A DNA stretch of 64,000 nucleotides from positions 12,331 to 76,330 of the forward strand of contig CAMNDJ010000001.1 in NCBI GenBank assembly GCA_946535225.1. Direction: 5' to 3'. Position 1 is the first letter of the stretch. Each line of letters opens with the position of its first letter. Below the pieces are notes generated by a model. It was not told where the DNA came from and searched no databases. It saw only the letters and a list, made by a program, of their open reading frames with translations. This document shows, piece after piece, positions 37,220 to 47,403 of this stretch. A program made the translations under genes and the position numbers. Source of the stretch: an uncultured Lachnospiraceae bacterium (lineage in GTDB: Bacteria > Bacillota > Clostridia > Lachnospirales > Lachnospiraceae).

Positions 37220-38170
37220 ATGGCTAATCTATCAAAAGGCGACAAGATATATGTTGCGGGACACAGAGGTCTCGTCGGAAGTGCGATAGTAAGATCGCTC
37301 AAAAGAAGCGGATATGACAATATAATAGGCAGGACTCATGCGGAACTCGATCTTACCGATCAGGCCGCAGTCAGAGCATTCTTTGAAGAGGAGAGACCTG
37401 ATGTCGTGGTGCTTGCCGCTGCGAAGGTAGGCGGTATCAATGCCAACAGTACCGAACCTGCAGAGTTTGCTTATCAGAATATGCAGATCCAGTGTAATGT
37501 GATCAAGTGCTGTCATGACTATAAGGTCAAGAAGCTTCTTTTCCTCGGAAGCAGCTGCATTTATCCGAGGATGGCTCCGCAGCCTATCCCCGAGGACGCC
37601 CTGTTAACAGGACCTTTGGAGATAACCAACGAAGCTTATGCCATAGCCAAGATATCAGGCCTTAAGATGTGTCAGTATTACAAAATGCAGTATGGTGATG
37701 ATTTCATCAGCTGTATGCCGACCAATCTCTACGGTCCGTATGACAATTACGATCTTTCGGGCAGTCATGTAATGCCTGCCATGATCAGGAAGTTCCATGA
37801 GGCCAAGGTAAGCGGAGCACCTTCTGTGGAGCTTTGGGGTACGGGTTCACCTCTTCGTGAATTTCTGTATTCGGATGATATGGCTGATGCTTGTGTATTC
37901 CTTCTTGAGAATTATCAGGGAATACCTCATGTCAATATCGGTACCGGCAAGGAGCTTACGATCAGAGAACTGGCTGAGCTTGTACGTAAGACTGTAGGAT
38001 ATGAAGGTGAGATTATCTGGAACAGCGATATGCCGGACGGAACACCCAGGAAGCTTTGCGATGTGACCAGACTCCATGAGCTTGGTTGGACACACAAGGT
38101 GGAGCTTGAAGAGGGTGTTAAGCTCGCATATGAATGGTTTAAGGACAATATAGAGACGGCAAGGGTCTGA
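37220..38170 (+). CDS. fcl: GDP-L-fucose synthase
   Basis: [38 protein letters not shown] and SHV. Upstream extended -10 TGGTATAGT at 37175-37183. Confidence 0.95.
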   Translation: MANLSKGDKIYVAGHRGLVGSAIVRSLKRSGYDNIIGRTHAELDLTDQAAVRAFFEEERPDVVVLAAAKVGGINANSTEPAEFAYQNMQIQCNVIKCCHDYKVKKLLFLGSSCIYPRMAPQPIPEDALLTGPLEITNEAYAIAKISGLKMCQYYKMQYGDDFISCMPTNLYGPYDNYDLSGSHVMPAMIRKFHEAKVSGAPSVELWGTGSPLREFLYSDDMADACVFLLENYQGIPHVNIGTGKELTIRELAELVRKTVGYEGEIIWNSDMPDGTPRKLCDVTRLHELGWTHKVELEEGVKLAYEWFKDNIETARV

Positions 38171-38188
38171 TAGCCCGGAGACTTTGAT

Positions 38189-39235
38189 ATGAATTTTGCG
38201 GACTGGAAGAACATCGCGGGACTGATATGCATAATAGTCCTGCCGTATCTGTCGGGCAATTTGCTTAAGACTGTAATAAGAAAGAAAGAGATCGGTCAGA
38301 TCAGTCACAGTGAGACTTATCTGCTTGGTTTCTTTCTTGTTTTTTTGGTCCAGGGAGTGTATTTTACCATAGGCCATCTCGTTATGAAAGAGTCTTTTGA
38401 TGCGCTCTGTGACGGCTTTTTTATCGTTACTGTCGCACTGGCTGCAGTATCTGTAGTGGCTCTTATATTGAACATCATCTTAACTCATAAGGAGAGAAAA
38501 GAACCCGTATATCGTCAGGAATACAAAAAGAGCGATATCATACTTATGGGTATCACAGCCGTTATATTGGTACTTATCTGTCTGAGAATCATTGGTATCA
38601 TTGATTACATAAGAGATGATTATATCCTTCCTACGGTCAGGATCACATTGAGTACCGGAACCGTCAATGAATACAATCCGATCACTGCATTACCGTACAG
38701 GGTCGGACTCACCACTTCCAAGAAGATCGTGACTCTTCCGGTCTATTACGCATATCTGTGCCGGACCTTCGGTTTAGAGCCGGTTAAGCTTCTGTATGTA
38801 GTCCTTACGCTTCAGACAGTCGTCTGCTCATATCTTGCATGTCTTCTCTTTGTCAGGTCGTTTATCAAGCAACGCGAGAAGCTTTATATATACGGGATAT
38901 TCTTCGGCGGATTGGTCTTAAGCGGAGACTATTTCAACAGATCGATAAGCGCAAGACTTCTGTGGAACGGGTATGCGGGAAGTACGATCACTACGGCCGT
39001 GATGCTGCCTTACATGACTTATCTCATCGTGTCCTGCTACAGGACGGGAAGAATGGCTATAGCAGATATATTGAGGATATTGCTTGTGACAGCAACGTCA
39101 CTTTTTATCACGGGTATCACTTACGGAGCTTTGCTCATAGTGATCACTGCGGGAGCAACACTTATAGGGTGTCTTATCACGGGACATAGAGAATTCGATG
39201 AAGAAGACGGCAGACCGGCCGTGATGGAGAGTTAG
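38189..39235 (+). CDS. DUF6077-like polytopic membrane protein
   Basis: Several TM segments with a 'RDD...T...NPIT...P' loop and 'LWNGYAG', recalled as DUF6077-type. Confidence 0.55.
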   Translation: MNFADWKNIAGLICIIVLPYLSGNLLKTVIRKKEIGQISHSETYLLGFFLVFLVQGVYFTIGHLVMKESFDALCDGFFIVTVALAAVSVVALILNIILTHKERKEPVYRQEYKKSDIILMGITAVILVLICLRIIGIIDYIRDDYILPTVRITLSTGTVNEYNPITALPYRVGLTTSKKIVTLPVYYAYLCRTFGLEPVKLLYVVLTLQTVVCSYLACLLFVRSFIKQREKLYIYGIFFGGLVLSGDYFNRSISARLLWNGYAGSTITTAVMLPYMTYLIVSCYRTGRMAIADILRILLVTATSLFITGITYGALLIVITAGATLIGCLITGHREFDEEDGRPAVMES

Positions 39236-39236
39236 A

Positions 39237-40010
39237 ATGTTCACTGTAGCATCGACGATGATCGAATTTTTCAAAAACAGCAAGCTCGAAGGGGCATATA
39301 TGCTCCTGTTTGTCTTGAGTATAGTGATCCTCTATGTCACGGGCAGAGACAGGAACAGGTTTCATGTGATCTTTCCGGTCATACTCATACTCGGAGTAGT
39401 CTGCAATCCGATACTGGTATGGATATTATCCATGTTCTTCCCCGTCGTGCGTTTCTATGAGCCGATGACCGCTTTGATCCCTATACTGATATACATACCG
39501 TTTGGCATAACGGAACTGTTAGACAGGATGAAGCCATTAAGGACCAAGCGCATCCTTGCAGTCCTGCTCTTTCTCTATGTGGGTATCTGCGGCAATTTCT
39601 TCGGACTGTTCGCCGGTAATACGATGACGTCGGCTAACAGGTATGACGGACAAAAACAGAGGATAGTTGAGTATCTTGAGCAGAATGCTGACGGACCGGT
39701 GCTTGCCGATGAGGGAATACTCTCGTTCATTACCGCATACGGAGATGATGTTCCTCTTATATACGGTCATGACATCATGATCATTAACGGAGACCTGGGA
39801 ATAATGGATGGATATGATGAAGAACTCGTCGTTTTGCACGACATGATGTGGGAGCCTGAGAAATATATGGAACAGATCGCGCAGGTGGCTAATAAGCGCG
39901 GATGTGATATAATAGTTGTTAAGCATTTTGAGGGTGCTAAGAAGGCGGAAGGTGCGTACAGATTCGCACTGGATGACGGAGATTATCTTGTGTACAGGAG
40001 AGTTGGCTGA
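39237..40010 (+). CDS. Hypothetical membrane protein (N-terminal TMs + soluble C-terminal domain)
   Basis: About 4 TM segments ('NP' and 'LIP' motifs), then a soluble domain ending 'CDIIVV...DYLVYR', like the tail of GT-C proteins. Confidence 0.65.
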   Translation: MFTVASTMIEFFKNSKLEGAYMLLFVLSIVILYVTGRDRNRFHVIFPVILILGVVCNPILVWILSMFFPVVRFYEPMTALIPILIYIPFGITELLDRMKPLRTKRILAVLLFLYVGICGNFFGLFAGNTMTSANRYDGQKQRIVEYLEQNADGPVLADEGILSFITAYGDDVPLIYGHDIMIINGDLGIMDGYDEELVVLHDMMWEPEKYMEQIAQVANKRGCDIIVVKHFEGAKKAEGAYRFALDDGDYLVYRRVG

Positions 40011-40936
40011 TGCTGCTTAGTGTTATAGTTCCATGCTTTAATGAAGAGGAGAATGTTGCTTATTTCTATGAGGAACTCATGAAGAATAAGCCCTTTTTCG
40101 ATGAGAAAAAACTCGACATTGAGATCATATATGTGGATGACGGTTCTGTGGATGAGACGGTTCGTGAGATCAAGAAACTGAATCAGGCTGATGACAGAGT
40201 CAAACTCATTTCTTTTTCCCGTAACTTCGGCAAGGAAGCGGCGATATATGCGGGCTTTAAGAAGTCGACGGGAGATTATGCCGTGATGATGGATGCGGAT
40301 CTTCAGGATCCGCCGTCACTCTTGCCCGAGATGTTTGCTTATATCGAGCAGGGATATGATTCTGTTGCAACGAGAAGAGTGAGCCGCAAGGGAGAACCTG
40401 CCATCAGAAGCTTTTTTGCCAGGAAATTCTATAAATTGATGAATAAGATAAGCAAGACGGATATCGTGGACGGAGCCAGGGATTACAGGCTGATGACCAG
40501 ACAGGTTGTAGATGCGATACTCTCGCTTGGCGAGTATAACCGCTTCAGCAAGGGTATATTCGGCTGGGTCGGATTCAAGACCAAATGGGTGGAATACGAG
40601 AACGTTGAGAGGGTCAAGGGCGAAACGAAGTGGAGTTTCTGGGGTCTCTTTATGTATTCGATCGAAGGTATCATCGCATTTTCGACAGCACCTCTTGCGA
40701 TCGCATCATGTCTGGGCGTACTTTTCTGTGTGCTGGCATTTATATTGATACTCTTTATCCTTATCCGGTCGCTTTTCTGGGAAGATCCCACAAGCGGATG
40801 GCAGTCAATGGTCTGTATCATATCTCTTGTCAGCGGAGTACAGCTTCTCTGCCTGGGAATACTCGGTGAGTATCTGTCCAAGACCTATCTGGAGGTTAAG
40901 AACAGACCCAAGTACCTTGTTAAGGAAGAATTGTGA
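40010..40936 (+). CDS. GT2 polyprenol-phosphate glycosyltransferase (GtrB/CsbB-like)
   Basis: VPCFNEEE, VDDGS, FSRNFGKEAA, DADLQDPP, two C-terminal TM segments and GEY...RPKY. Confidence 0.92.
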   Translation: MLLSVIVPCFNEEENVAYFYEELMKNKPFFDEKKLDIEIIYVDDGSVDETVREIKKLNQADDRVKLISFSRNFGKEAAIYAGFKKSTGDYAVMMDADLQDPPSLLPEMFAYIEQGYDSVATRRVSRKGEPAIRSFFARKFYKLMNKISKTDIVDGARDYRLMTRQVVDAILSLGEYNRFSKGIFGWVGFKTKWVEYENVERVKGETKWSFWGLFMYSIEGIIAFSTAPLAIASCLGVLFCVLAFILILFILIRSLFWEDPTSGWQSMVCIISLVSGVQLLCLGILGEYLSKTYLEVKNRPKYLVKEEL

Positions 40937-41691
40937 TGATATCTGTCGTAACACCGGTATATAATGCCATAGATTATATAGACAGGACCATGGAGGCAGT
41001 CCTTGCCCAGGATCATTCCGACTGGGAATGGATAATGGTCGAAGACGGATCTACAGACGGAACAAGGGAGAAACTAAAAGGACTGATATCGTCAGGAGCC
41101 CTTGATCCCCGAATACATATAGTCTTCATGGATGAGAATCCGCACGGAGCGGCCGGAGGACGAAACAGGGGCTTAGATGAAGTTAAGGGAAGATACATAG
41201 CTTTCCTTGATGCGGATGATATCTGGAGTCCGGACAAGCTTTCTTCTCAGTTAAGATTCATGGAAGAAAAAGGTGCGGCCTTCGGTTTTACCTCATATGA
41301 ATTCGGAGATGAAGATGCCCGCGGAACCGGAAGGATCGTAAGAGTTCCGAAAAGTCTTACTTACAGGAAGGCGCTTTCAAGGACCGTGATATTTACGAGC
41401 ACAGTGATGTTCGATACGGAGAAGATAGATAAGAAGTTGCTGTATATGCCATACATAGCAAGCGAAGATACGGCTACATGGTGGAATATACTAAGAAACG
41501 GTTATACCGCAGAGGGCCTTGATAAGGTGCTCACCGTGTACAGAAGACCGCGTAAGTCGCTTTCCAGTAACAAGCTTGTAGCGATAAGACGTATATGGGA
41601 TCTATACAGGCTCAATGAGGGGCTGGGAATATTTAAGAGCCTGTACTATATGGCCGGCTGGGCCATAAGAGCCACCTTAAGAAGGATATAG
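40933..41691 (+). CDS. Glycosyltransferase family 2 (TuaG-like)
   Basis: TPVYNA, EDGSTD, FLDADD, SED and SLSSNK. Confidence 0.88.
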   Translation: MMISVVTPVYNAIDYIDRTMEAVLAQDHSDWEWIMVEDGSTDGTREKLKGLISSGALDPRIHIVFMDENPHGAAGGRNRGLDEVKGRYIAFLDADDIWSPDKLSSQLRFMEEKGAAFGFTSYEFGDEDARGTGRIVRVPKSLTYRKALSRTVIFTSTVMFDTEKIDKKLLYMPYIASEDTATWWNILRNGYTAEGLDKVLTVYRRPRKSLSSNKLVAIRRIWDLYRLNEGLGIFKSLYYMAGWAIRATLRRI

Positions 41692-41697
41692 GCTGAT

Positions 41698-43098
41698 ATG
41701 ATGAGTGTTAAAGAGACTGTTAAGAGAACTGTCATATTACTTTGGAGTCTGCTTGGAGTAGCTATCCTTACAGCGATCTATGCGTATGTATGGATGGAGA
41801 TGATACACGGCAGGCTCGTTTGGCATGTCAAACTCTATTTCAAAGGACATCTGTTGATGATCTTTGTCTATTTTGTGTTGATCTTTTTCTTTACCAGCAC
41901 TTTTGGCGGGCTTAAGATCGGATATCTTAAACCGGGAGATGTTTTCTTCTCTGATGTATTTGCCATAGTCATCGTGGATATCGTAAGTTATTTCCAGATA
42001 TCACTCATGGAGATAAGGCTGTTCCGTGGTGACGTGATGTTATATATGACGATCGTGCAGATCGCTTTTGCGGGACTGTGGGTATTTCTCGGAGGCCGGC
42101 TCTATCGCCTGTTCTTCCCTCCGAGAAGACTTTTGCTGATATACGGAGATCATCCGATAGACGATATCAGACACAAATTTGAGACTCGTAAGGACAAATA
42201 CAGGATAGAGAAACTCATGTATATGGGTGAAGATGAAGGTACTCTGTATGATGAGATGGTGAGCAAAGCATATGACGGAGTTGTGCTTTGGGATGTGCCC
42301 GCTCAGATCAGAAACAGGTTCCTCAAATATATGTATGCCAGAAATATCAGAGTTTACATGATGCCCAAGATATCGGATGTGATAATCAAGGGATCAGATC
42401 CCTTGCATCTTTTTGATACTCCCATATTCCTTACAAGAGAATATAATCTCAAGGTTGAGCAGAGGTTTGCCAAGAGATGTATAGACATAGTCTTTGCGCT
42501 TATCTTGGCGATTATCACATCGCCCATAATGCTTATCACTGCGATAGCGATCAAGTGCTGTGACAGAGGACCGGTATTATACAAGCAGATCAGATGCACC
42601 GAAGGCGGAAGGGAATTCAAGATCATGAAATTCCGTTCCATGAGAGTTGATGCGGAGAAGGACGGAGTAGCAAGACTTGCTTCCAAGCATGACTCAAGGA
42701 TCACCCCGGTCGGTAAGGTCATAAGAGCGGTCAGAATAGATGAACTCCCTCAGCTTTTCAATATTCTCAAGGGTGAGATGTCATTCATAGGTCCGAGACC
42801 GGAAAGACCTGAGATAATAGCACAGTATATGGAGGAAATGCCGGAATTTGCATTCAGGATGCGGGTCAAGGCCGGGCTTGCAGGTTATGCACAGGTATAC
42901 GGTAAGTATAATACTACACCGTATGACAAGCTCAAACTGGATCTGAGCTATATAGAGAATTACAGTGTCTGGATGGACCTTAAGCTCATGATGCTGACAC
43001 TTAAGATCTTATTCAGTCCCGAAGCTACAGAAGGAGTGGACGAAGACCAGACGACGGCGGCCAGAAATAAGAACAATGGAGAAGATGATGTTAACTGA
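41698..43098 (+). CDS. Priming polyprenyl-phosphate sugar phosphotransferase (CpsE/WcaJ-like)
   Basis: N-terminal TM segments, KRCID, KFRSM, DELPQL, GEMSFIGPRPE and VKAGLAGYAQ. Confidence 0.92.
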   Translation: MMSVKETVKRTVILLWSLLGVAILTAIYAYVWMEMIHGRLVWHVKLYFKGHLLMIFVYFVLIFFFTSTFGGLKIGYLKPGDVFFSDVFAIVIVDIVSYFQISLMEIRLFRGDVMLYMTIVQIAFAGLWVFLGGRLYRLFFPPRRLLLIYGDHPIDDIRHKFETRKDKYRIEKLMYMGEDEGTLYDEMVSKAYDGVVLWDVPAQIRNRFLKYMYARNIRVYMMPKISDVIIKGSDPLHLFDTPIFLTREYNLKVEQRFAKRCIDIVFALILAIITSPIMLITAIAIKCCDRGPVLYKQIRCTEGGREFKIMKFRSMRVDAEKDGVARLASKHDSRITPVGKVIRAVRIDELPQLFNILKGEMSFIGPRPERPEIIAQYMEEMPEFAFRMRVKAGLAGYAQVYGKYNTTPYDKLKLDLSYIENYSVWMDLKLMMLTLKILFSPEATEGVDEDQTTAARNKNNGEDDVN

Positions 43099-43996
43099 TA
43101 AGGGTGCACAAGGGATCGATCTTAAGAGAATATGGAGACAGTTTCTTGGCAGGGCATGGATTGTGCTCATCGTGACTGTTATCGGAGCGATAACAGGGTT
43201 TGCCGTATACGGTATATACAGTAATGCAAAGAGCGGCAATACCTTATACAGGATCAGAAACGATTATTATATTTATCTGGATTACGAAGGTTATCCCAAC
43301 GGTCCGGACTATTACAATGCATATACATGGGACGGGATATTAAGGGATGATCCGGTAGTAAATGAAGTGCTTGCGGCAGCTCCCGACCTTGATAAGGAAC
43401 AGATCCTTGATTCTGTAGAAGGTGAGATACTCGGTGACTACAGACTCCTTACGGTAGTCGTGACCGGGACGGATCCGGAGCTCGTACGTAAGATATCTGA
43501 CGCATATAAACAGGCACTGCCTGCATTTGCCGGCAAGATCGACATGATACTTAAGATAGAACTGTGGACGGATGCGGACATAGAAGTTTATGACGCTTAT
43601 ACAAGAGACGGCAATGCGGCATTTCTCGGAGGTCTTATCGGATTTATCATAAGCGCCTTTGCTCTGCTAATATATTACGTTGTTGATGACGGTATCTATT
43701 CAGAACGTGACTGGGTAAGCCGTTACCCGGATATTGTTTTCCTTGGTGAAAAAGGAAGCAAAGAATCCGAGGTCAATACAGAACATATACTGGGTAATGC
43801 AAACGGATCCTATGAACTGTCGGTTAAGGATTTTGAGTTTAACAAGGAAACCTTTGATAAGATGCGTGCTTCTGACGGTGTGATCCTTAATATCCGACGT
43901 GGCAGAGACAAGGGTGAGATCATTGATAAGGTCGTATATACGCTTAAGAAGCAGGATATCAGGATAAACGGAGTATTTACACAGAATTCCAGATAG
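43076..43996 (+). CDS. Wzz/CpsC-like chain-length regulator with a vestigial CpsD-like tail
   Basis: 'IDLKRIW' + TM1, TM2 + 'DDGIYS', and C-terminal 'SDGVIL...LKKQDIRINGV'. No Walker A motif. Confidence 0.7.
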   Translation: MEKMMLTDKGAQGIDLKRIWRQFLGRAWIVLIVTVIGAITGFAVYGIYSNAKSGNTLYRIRNDYYIYLDYEGYPNGPDYYNAYTWDGILRDDPVVNEVLAAAPDLDKEQILDSVEGEILGDYRLLTVVVTGTDPELVRKISDAYKQALPAFAGKIDMILKIELWTDADIEVYDAYTRDGNAAFLGGLIGFIISAFALLIYYVVDDGIYSERDWVSRYPDIVFLGEKGSKESEVNTEHILGNANGSYELSVKDFEFNKETFDKMRASDGVILNIRRGRDKGEIIDKVVYTLKKQDIRINGVFTQNSR

Positions 43997-44026
43997 ACAT
44001 ACGGCAGAAACATAGAGGAACCAGAG

Positions 44027-44806
44027 ATGACGATCCAAACTCTTGTATCGGGAGTACAACTGAATATAAAAACCGTGGCCGAGACCATGAATCTACAAAC
44101 TGACACGATCGTCATAAATCAGACAGACAGTAACGGATATGACGAATATGAGTACAAAGGTCATAAGATATGTTGCTATGACTTTGCCGAAAGAGGAGTC
44201 GGTTTAAGCCGTAATAATGCTCTGATGAGAGCAACATCAGACATCATTCTTTTTTCGGATGAGGACATAGTGTATGTAGACGGATATGCAGATGCCGTCA
44301 TCGGAGCATATAGAGATCATCCCGATGCAGATATGATCCTGCTTAATGTTAAGGCATCAGAAGGTCGGGAGACATATCATATAGACAGCCCTTCACGTGT
44401 ACACAGATGGAACTGCGGAAGATATCCGACCTATAGTTTCTCCTGCCGCAGGGAGAGTATACAAAGCAATAACATCACATTTAACCTCTTATTCGGAGGC
44501 GGAGCCAGATATCAGAACGGAGAGGACTCTCTGTTCATAGACGAATGCCTTCGCAAAGGGCTTAAGGTATATGCGCTTCCGATAGATATCGGCAGGGAAG
44601 TTGCAAGACCGAGTACATGGTTTAAGGGATATAATGAGAGATTCTTTCATGACAGGGGTGTCCTTTATCAATATCTTTACGGAAATCTGGCCGTGATAAT
44701 GGCATTAAGATTTCTGAATAAGCGAATGAAGGGGATGTTTGATGAGATGTCTTTTTCGCAGGCTTTTAAGACAATGAAAAAGGGAATGAGAGAGGCAAAG
44801 AAATGA
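44027..44806 (+). CDS. Glycosyltransferase family 2/A
   Basis: INQTD, ERGVGLSRN, FSDED, GED and STWF. Confidence 0.82.
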   Translation: MTIQTLVSGVQLNIKTVAETMNLQTDTIVINQTDSNGYDEYEYKGHKICCYDFAERGVGLSRNNALMRATSDIILFSDEDIVYVDGYADAVIGAYRDHPDADMILLNVKASEGRETYHIDSPSRVHRWNCGRYPTYSFSCRRESIQSNNITFNLLFGGGARYQNGEDSLFIDECLRKGLKVYALPIDIGREVARPSTWFKGYNERFFHDRGVLYQYLYGNLAVIMALRFLNKRMKGMFDEMSFSQAFKTMKKGMREAKK

Positions 44807-45954
44807 TCCTGTACATTTCTATCGCAGTCATTACTGTTGTGATGGCTTGTGCGGTCAGACATATACCGGATACGGTCATACCCGGAACCGGAACATATCC
44901 GGGAGGGGTAAAGAGGCAGCAGGCGGTCAATGCCGTCGTCACGGCTGCTATTTTTGTAATACTCTTTCTTCTGGCGGCACTCAGGCGTGAAGTGGGTAAT
45001 GATTACGGAACCTATGTCGTCAACGGTCATGAAGTCTATCAACACGGATATGTGGTAACGGAACCCGGATATAACCTCTTGGTAAGGATCCTGTATACAC
45101 TGTCAGGATCCGAGAACTACCTTCTTCTCTTTGCGGTCTTTGCTGCCGCGATCACAGCCCTTTTTCTGAATGTGTTCAGGACGATGAGTGACAGTTTTGT
45201 GCTGAGCTTTTTTATGTTCATGACCATGGGAATATATTTCAGAACGTTCAATACAGTCAGGTATTATTTCGTTCTTGCCCTTGCTCTGTATTCGATGAGA
45301 TATGTGATAAACATTTCTAAAGAGAATGCGGTCAAGTTTATTCTGATCATACTTGCTGCTGCTCTTTTTCATAAGAGTGTGCTCATTGTCATACCGATGT
45401 ATCTTTTGGCCAGACTCCCATGGCGCAAATGGATGTATATTGCCGTGGCAGGTTTTGCGATCATCATGCCGTTATGCTCCGGCAAGGTAATGGAACTGGC
45501 ACTTAAGCTTTATCCATCCTATGTGGATACGGTTTATGCCGAGCAGCAGCACAGCATTACAGAGAATCTTCCGGTTGTGGCCGGGTGTGTGGCGGTGATC
45601 GCCTTATGCCTTGTCTTTTATAAGAGCGGGATCAGATACAGAGCAGATAATAAGATGTATTTTCATATGAGCATCATGGCCATAGCATTATATATCGGAT
45701 GCTACTTCCTTCCGTTAGTCACGAGACTCGGTTATTATCTTGTTACGCCGCAGTTATTGCTGATACCGAACATACTCTCAACAATAGAGGATAATGACAG
45801 GCGCAGGAGGATCACAGCGATCGTCGTAACAGGCTGCATACTGTATTTTATGTATTTCCTGTATACCGCGGACAGGGTCGGTGTGAGAGTCCTGCCATAT
45901 AAGAGCTTCCTTTTCTATGACAGATATTGGCTTAATCAGACAGATACGTTCTGA
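44803..45954 (+). CDS. EpsG-family polysaccharide polymerase (Wzy-like)
   Basis: 'R.EVGNDY..Y', 'EPGY', 'NTVRY' and 'FHKS', with about 10 TM segments. Confidence 0.82.
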   Translation: MILYISIAVITVVMACAVRHIPDTVIPGTGTYPGGVKRQQAVNAVVTAAIFVILFLLAALRREVGNDYGTYVVNGHEVYQHGYVVTEPGYNLLVRILYTLSGSENYLLLFAVFAAAITALFLNVFRTMSDSFVLSFFMFMTMGIYFRTFNTVRYYFVLALALYSMRYVINISKENAVKFILIILAAALFHKSVLIVIPMYLLARLPWRKWMYIAVAGFAIIMPLCSGKVMELALKLYPSYVDTVYAEQQHSITENLPVVAGCVAVIALCLVFYKSGIRYRADNKMYFHMSIMAIALYIGCYFLPLVTRLGYYLVTPQLLLIPNILSTIEDNDRRRRITAIVVTGCILYFMYFLYTADRVGVRVLPYKSFLFYDRYWLNQTDTF

Positions 45955-45984
45955 ACTTAGAGTCATGGAAGAGAGGTGTGAGAC

Positions 45985-47391
45985 ATGATCTTTTCTTCAA
46001 TGATATTCCTGTGGGTTTTCCTTCCTTCAGTGATAGTGATCAACTATATACTGGGTAGTATCAAGACTTCTGACAGATCAAAGGCCTTAAAGCGCAAGAA
46101 CATCTTCCTCTTATGCGCAAGCCTTGTATTCTATGCATGGGGCGGGATCGATTACCTGTATCTTATGCTTGGGGTGATCATCATAAGTTATCTGGGCGGG
46201 ATCGTGATTGATGCAAAAAAGAGCAGAGTATTGCTTACGTTTATTGTTCTTATCCTGTTATCGGGACTCATTGTATTTAAGTATTCCGCAATGTTAGCGG
46301 GAATGCTTCATGCAAAGGACTGGCCCGAGTTCGTATTGCCGATAGGTATATCATTCTATACGTTCCAGGCACTCAGTTATGTCATAGACGTATACAGAGG
46401 CAAAGTAAGGGCGATGACCGATCTGCCGGACCTGGCCTTATACATATCGTTCTTCCCACAGCTGATCGCAGGACCGATAGTTCGTTATGCTGATATAAAT
46501 GGGCAGATAAATGCAAGAAGTGAGAGCGCGGAACTTTTCCTGTCGGGACAGAAGAGGTTCTGCTTCGGACTTGCCAAGAAGGTCCTCATAGCCAATACGC
46601 TGGCAGAAGTTGCAGATAAGATCTGGGATATGAAACCTGACGGACTGGATACAGCGGTCGCGTGGCTGGGAGCGATAGCATATACTCTGCAGATATATTA
46701 TGATTTCTCCGGTTATTCGGATATGGCGATTGGACTTGGCAGGATGTTCGGTTTCGAATTCAAGGAGAATTTTAACTACCCGTACACATCCTCAAGTGTC
46801 ACGGAATTCTGGAGAAGGTGGCACATGTCGCTTTCAGGCTGGTTTAGGGAGTACGTATATATTCCGCTTGGCGGCAACAGACACGGAACAGTGAGGACCT
46901 GCCTTAATCTTATGGTTGTATTTATGATCACCGGTATATGGCACGGAGCAGGCTATACTTTTCTCTTATGGGGCTTTATGTATGGTGTTATTCTGGTGGT
47001 TGAGAGATTATTTTTTGGAAAAGTGTTAAAACTTAAGGCAATGAAGATACCGGCATATCTATACACGGGGCTTGTCGTCATCGTCGGATGGGTGATATTC
47101 AGGGCACCGGATATAGAGGCGGCACTGGCATATCTGTCAAGAATGTTTACGATAAACGGAGATATGGTCAAGATCCCGGGCCTTCTGTCTATGAAGAGCA
47201 TATTGGCTCTTATATTCGGGATCATATGTATGGGTCCCGTAAGTCGTCTGTATAAGGACAGATACGGTGACCGGGAACTCAGGCTGCCTTACAGGGTGTT
47301 GTCACATGCATTAGGACTCAGCCTTCTGATAATATCGATCGTTTCGTTGGCCGCGGGAACATATAATCCGTTCATATACTTCAGGTTTTAG
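45985..47391 (+). CDS. MBOAT family O-acyltransferase (AlgI-like) 2
   Basis: LPIGISFYTFQ, FFPQLIAGPIVRY, QIYYDFSGYSDMAIG, FWRRWHMSL, WHGA and NPFIYFRF. Confidence 0.93.
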   Translation: MIFSSMIFLWVFLPSVIVINYILGSIKTSDRSKALKRKNIFLLCASLVFYAWGGIDYLYLMLGVIIISYLGGIVIDAKKSRVLLTFIVLILLSGLIVFKYSAMLAGMLHAKDWPEFVLPIGISFYTFQALSYVIDVYRGKVRAMTDLPDLALYISFFPQLIAGPIVRYADINGQINARSESAELFLSGQKRFCFGLAKKVLIANTLAEVADKIWDMKPDGLDTAVAWLGAIAYTLQIYYDFSGYSDMAIGLGRMFGFEFKENFNYPYTSSSVTEFWRRWHMSLSGWFREYVYIPLGGNRHGTVRTCLNLMVVFMITGIWHGAGYTFLLWGFMYGVILVVERLFFGKVLKLKAMKIPAYLYTGLVVIVGWVIFRAPDIEAALAYLSRMFTINGDMVKIPGLLSMKSILALIFGIICMGPVSRLYKDRYGDRELRLPYRVLSHALGLSLLIISIVSLAAGTYNPFIYFRF

Positions 47392-47403
47392 GAGAGCAGA
47401 CCT

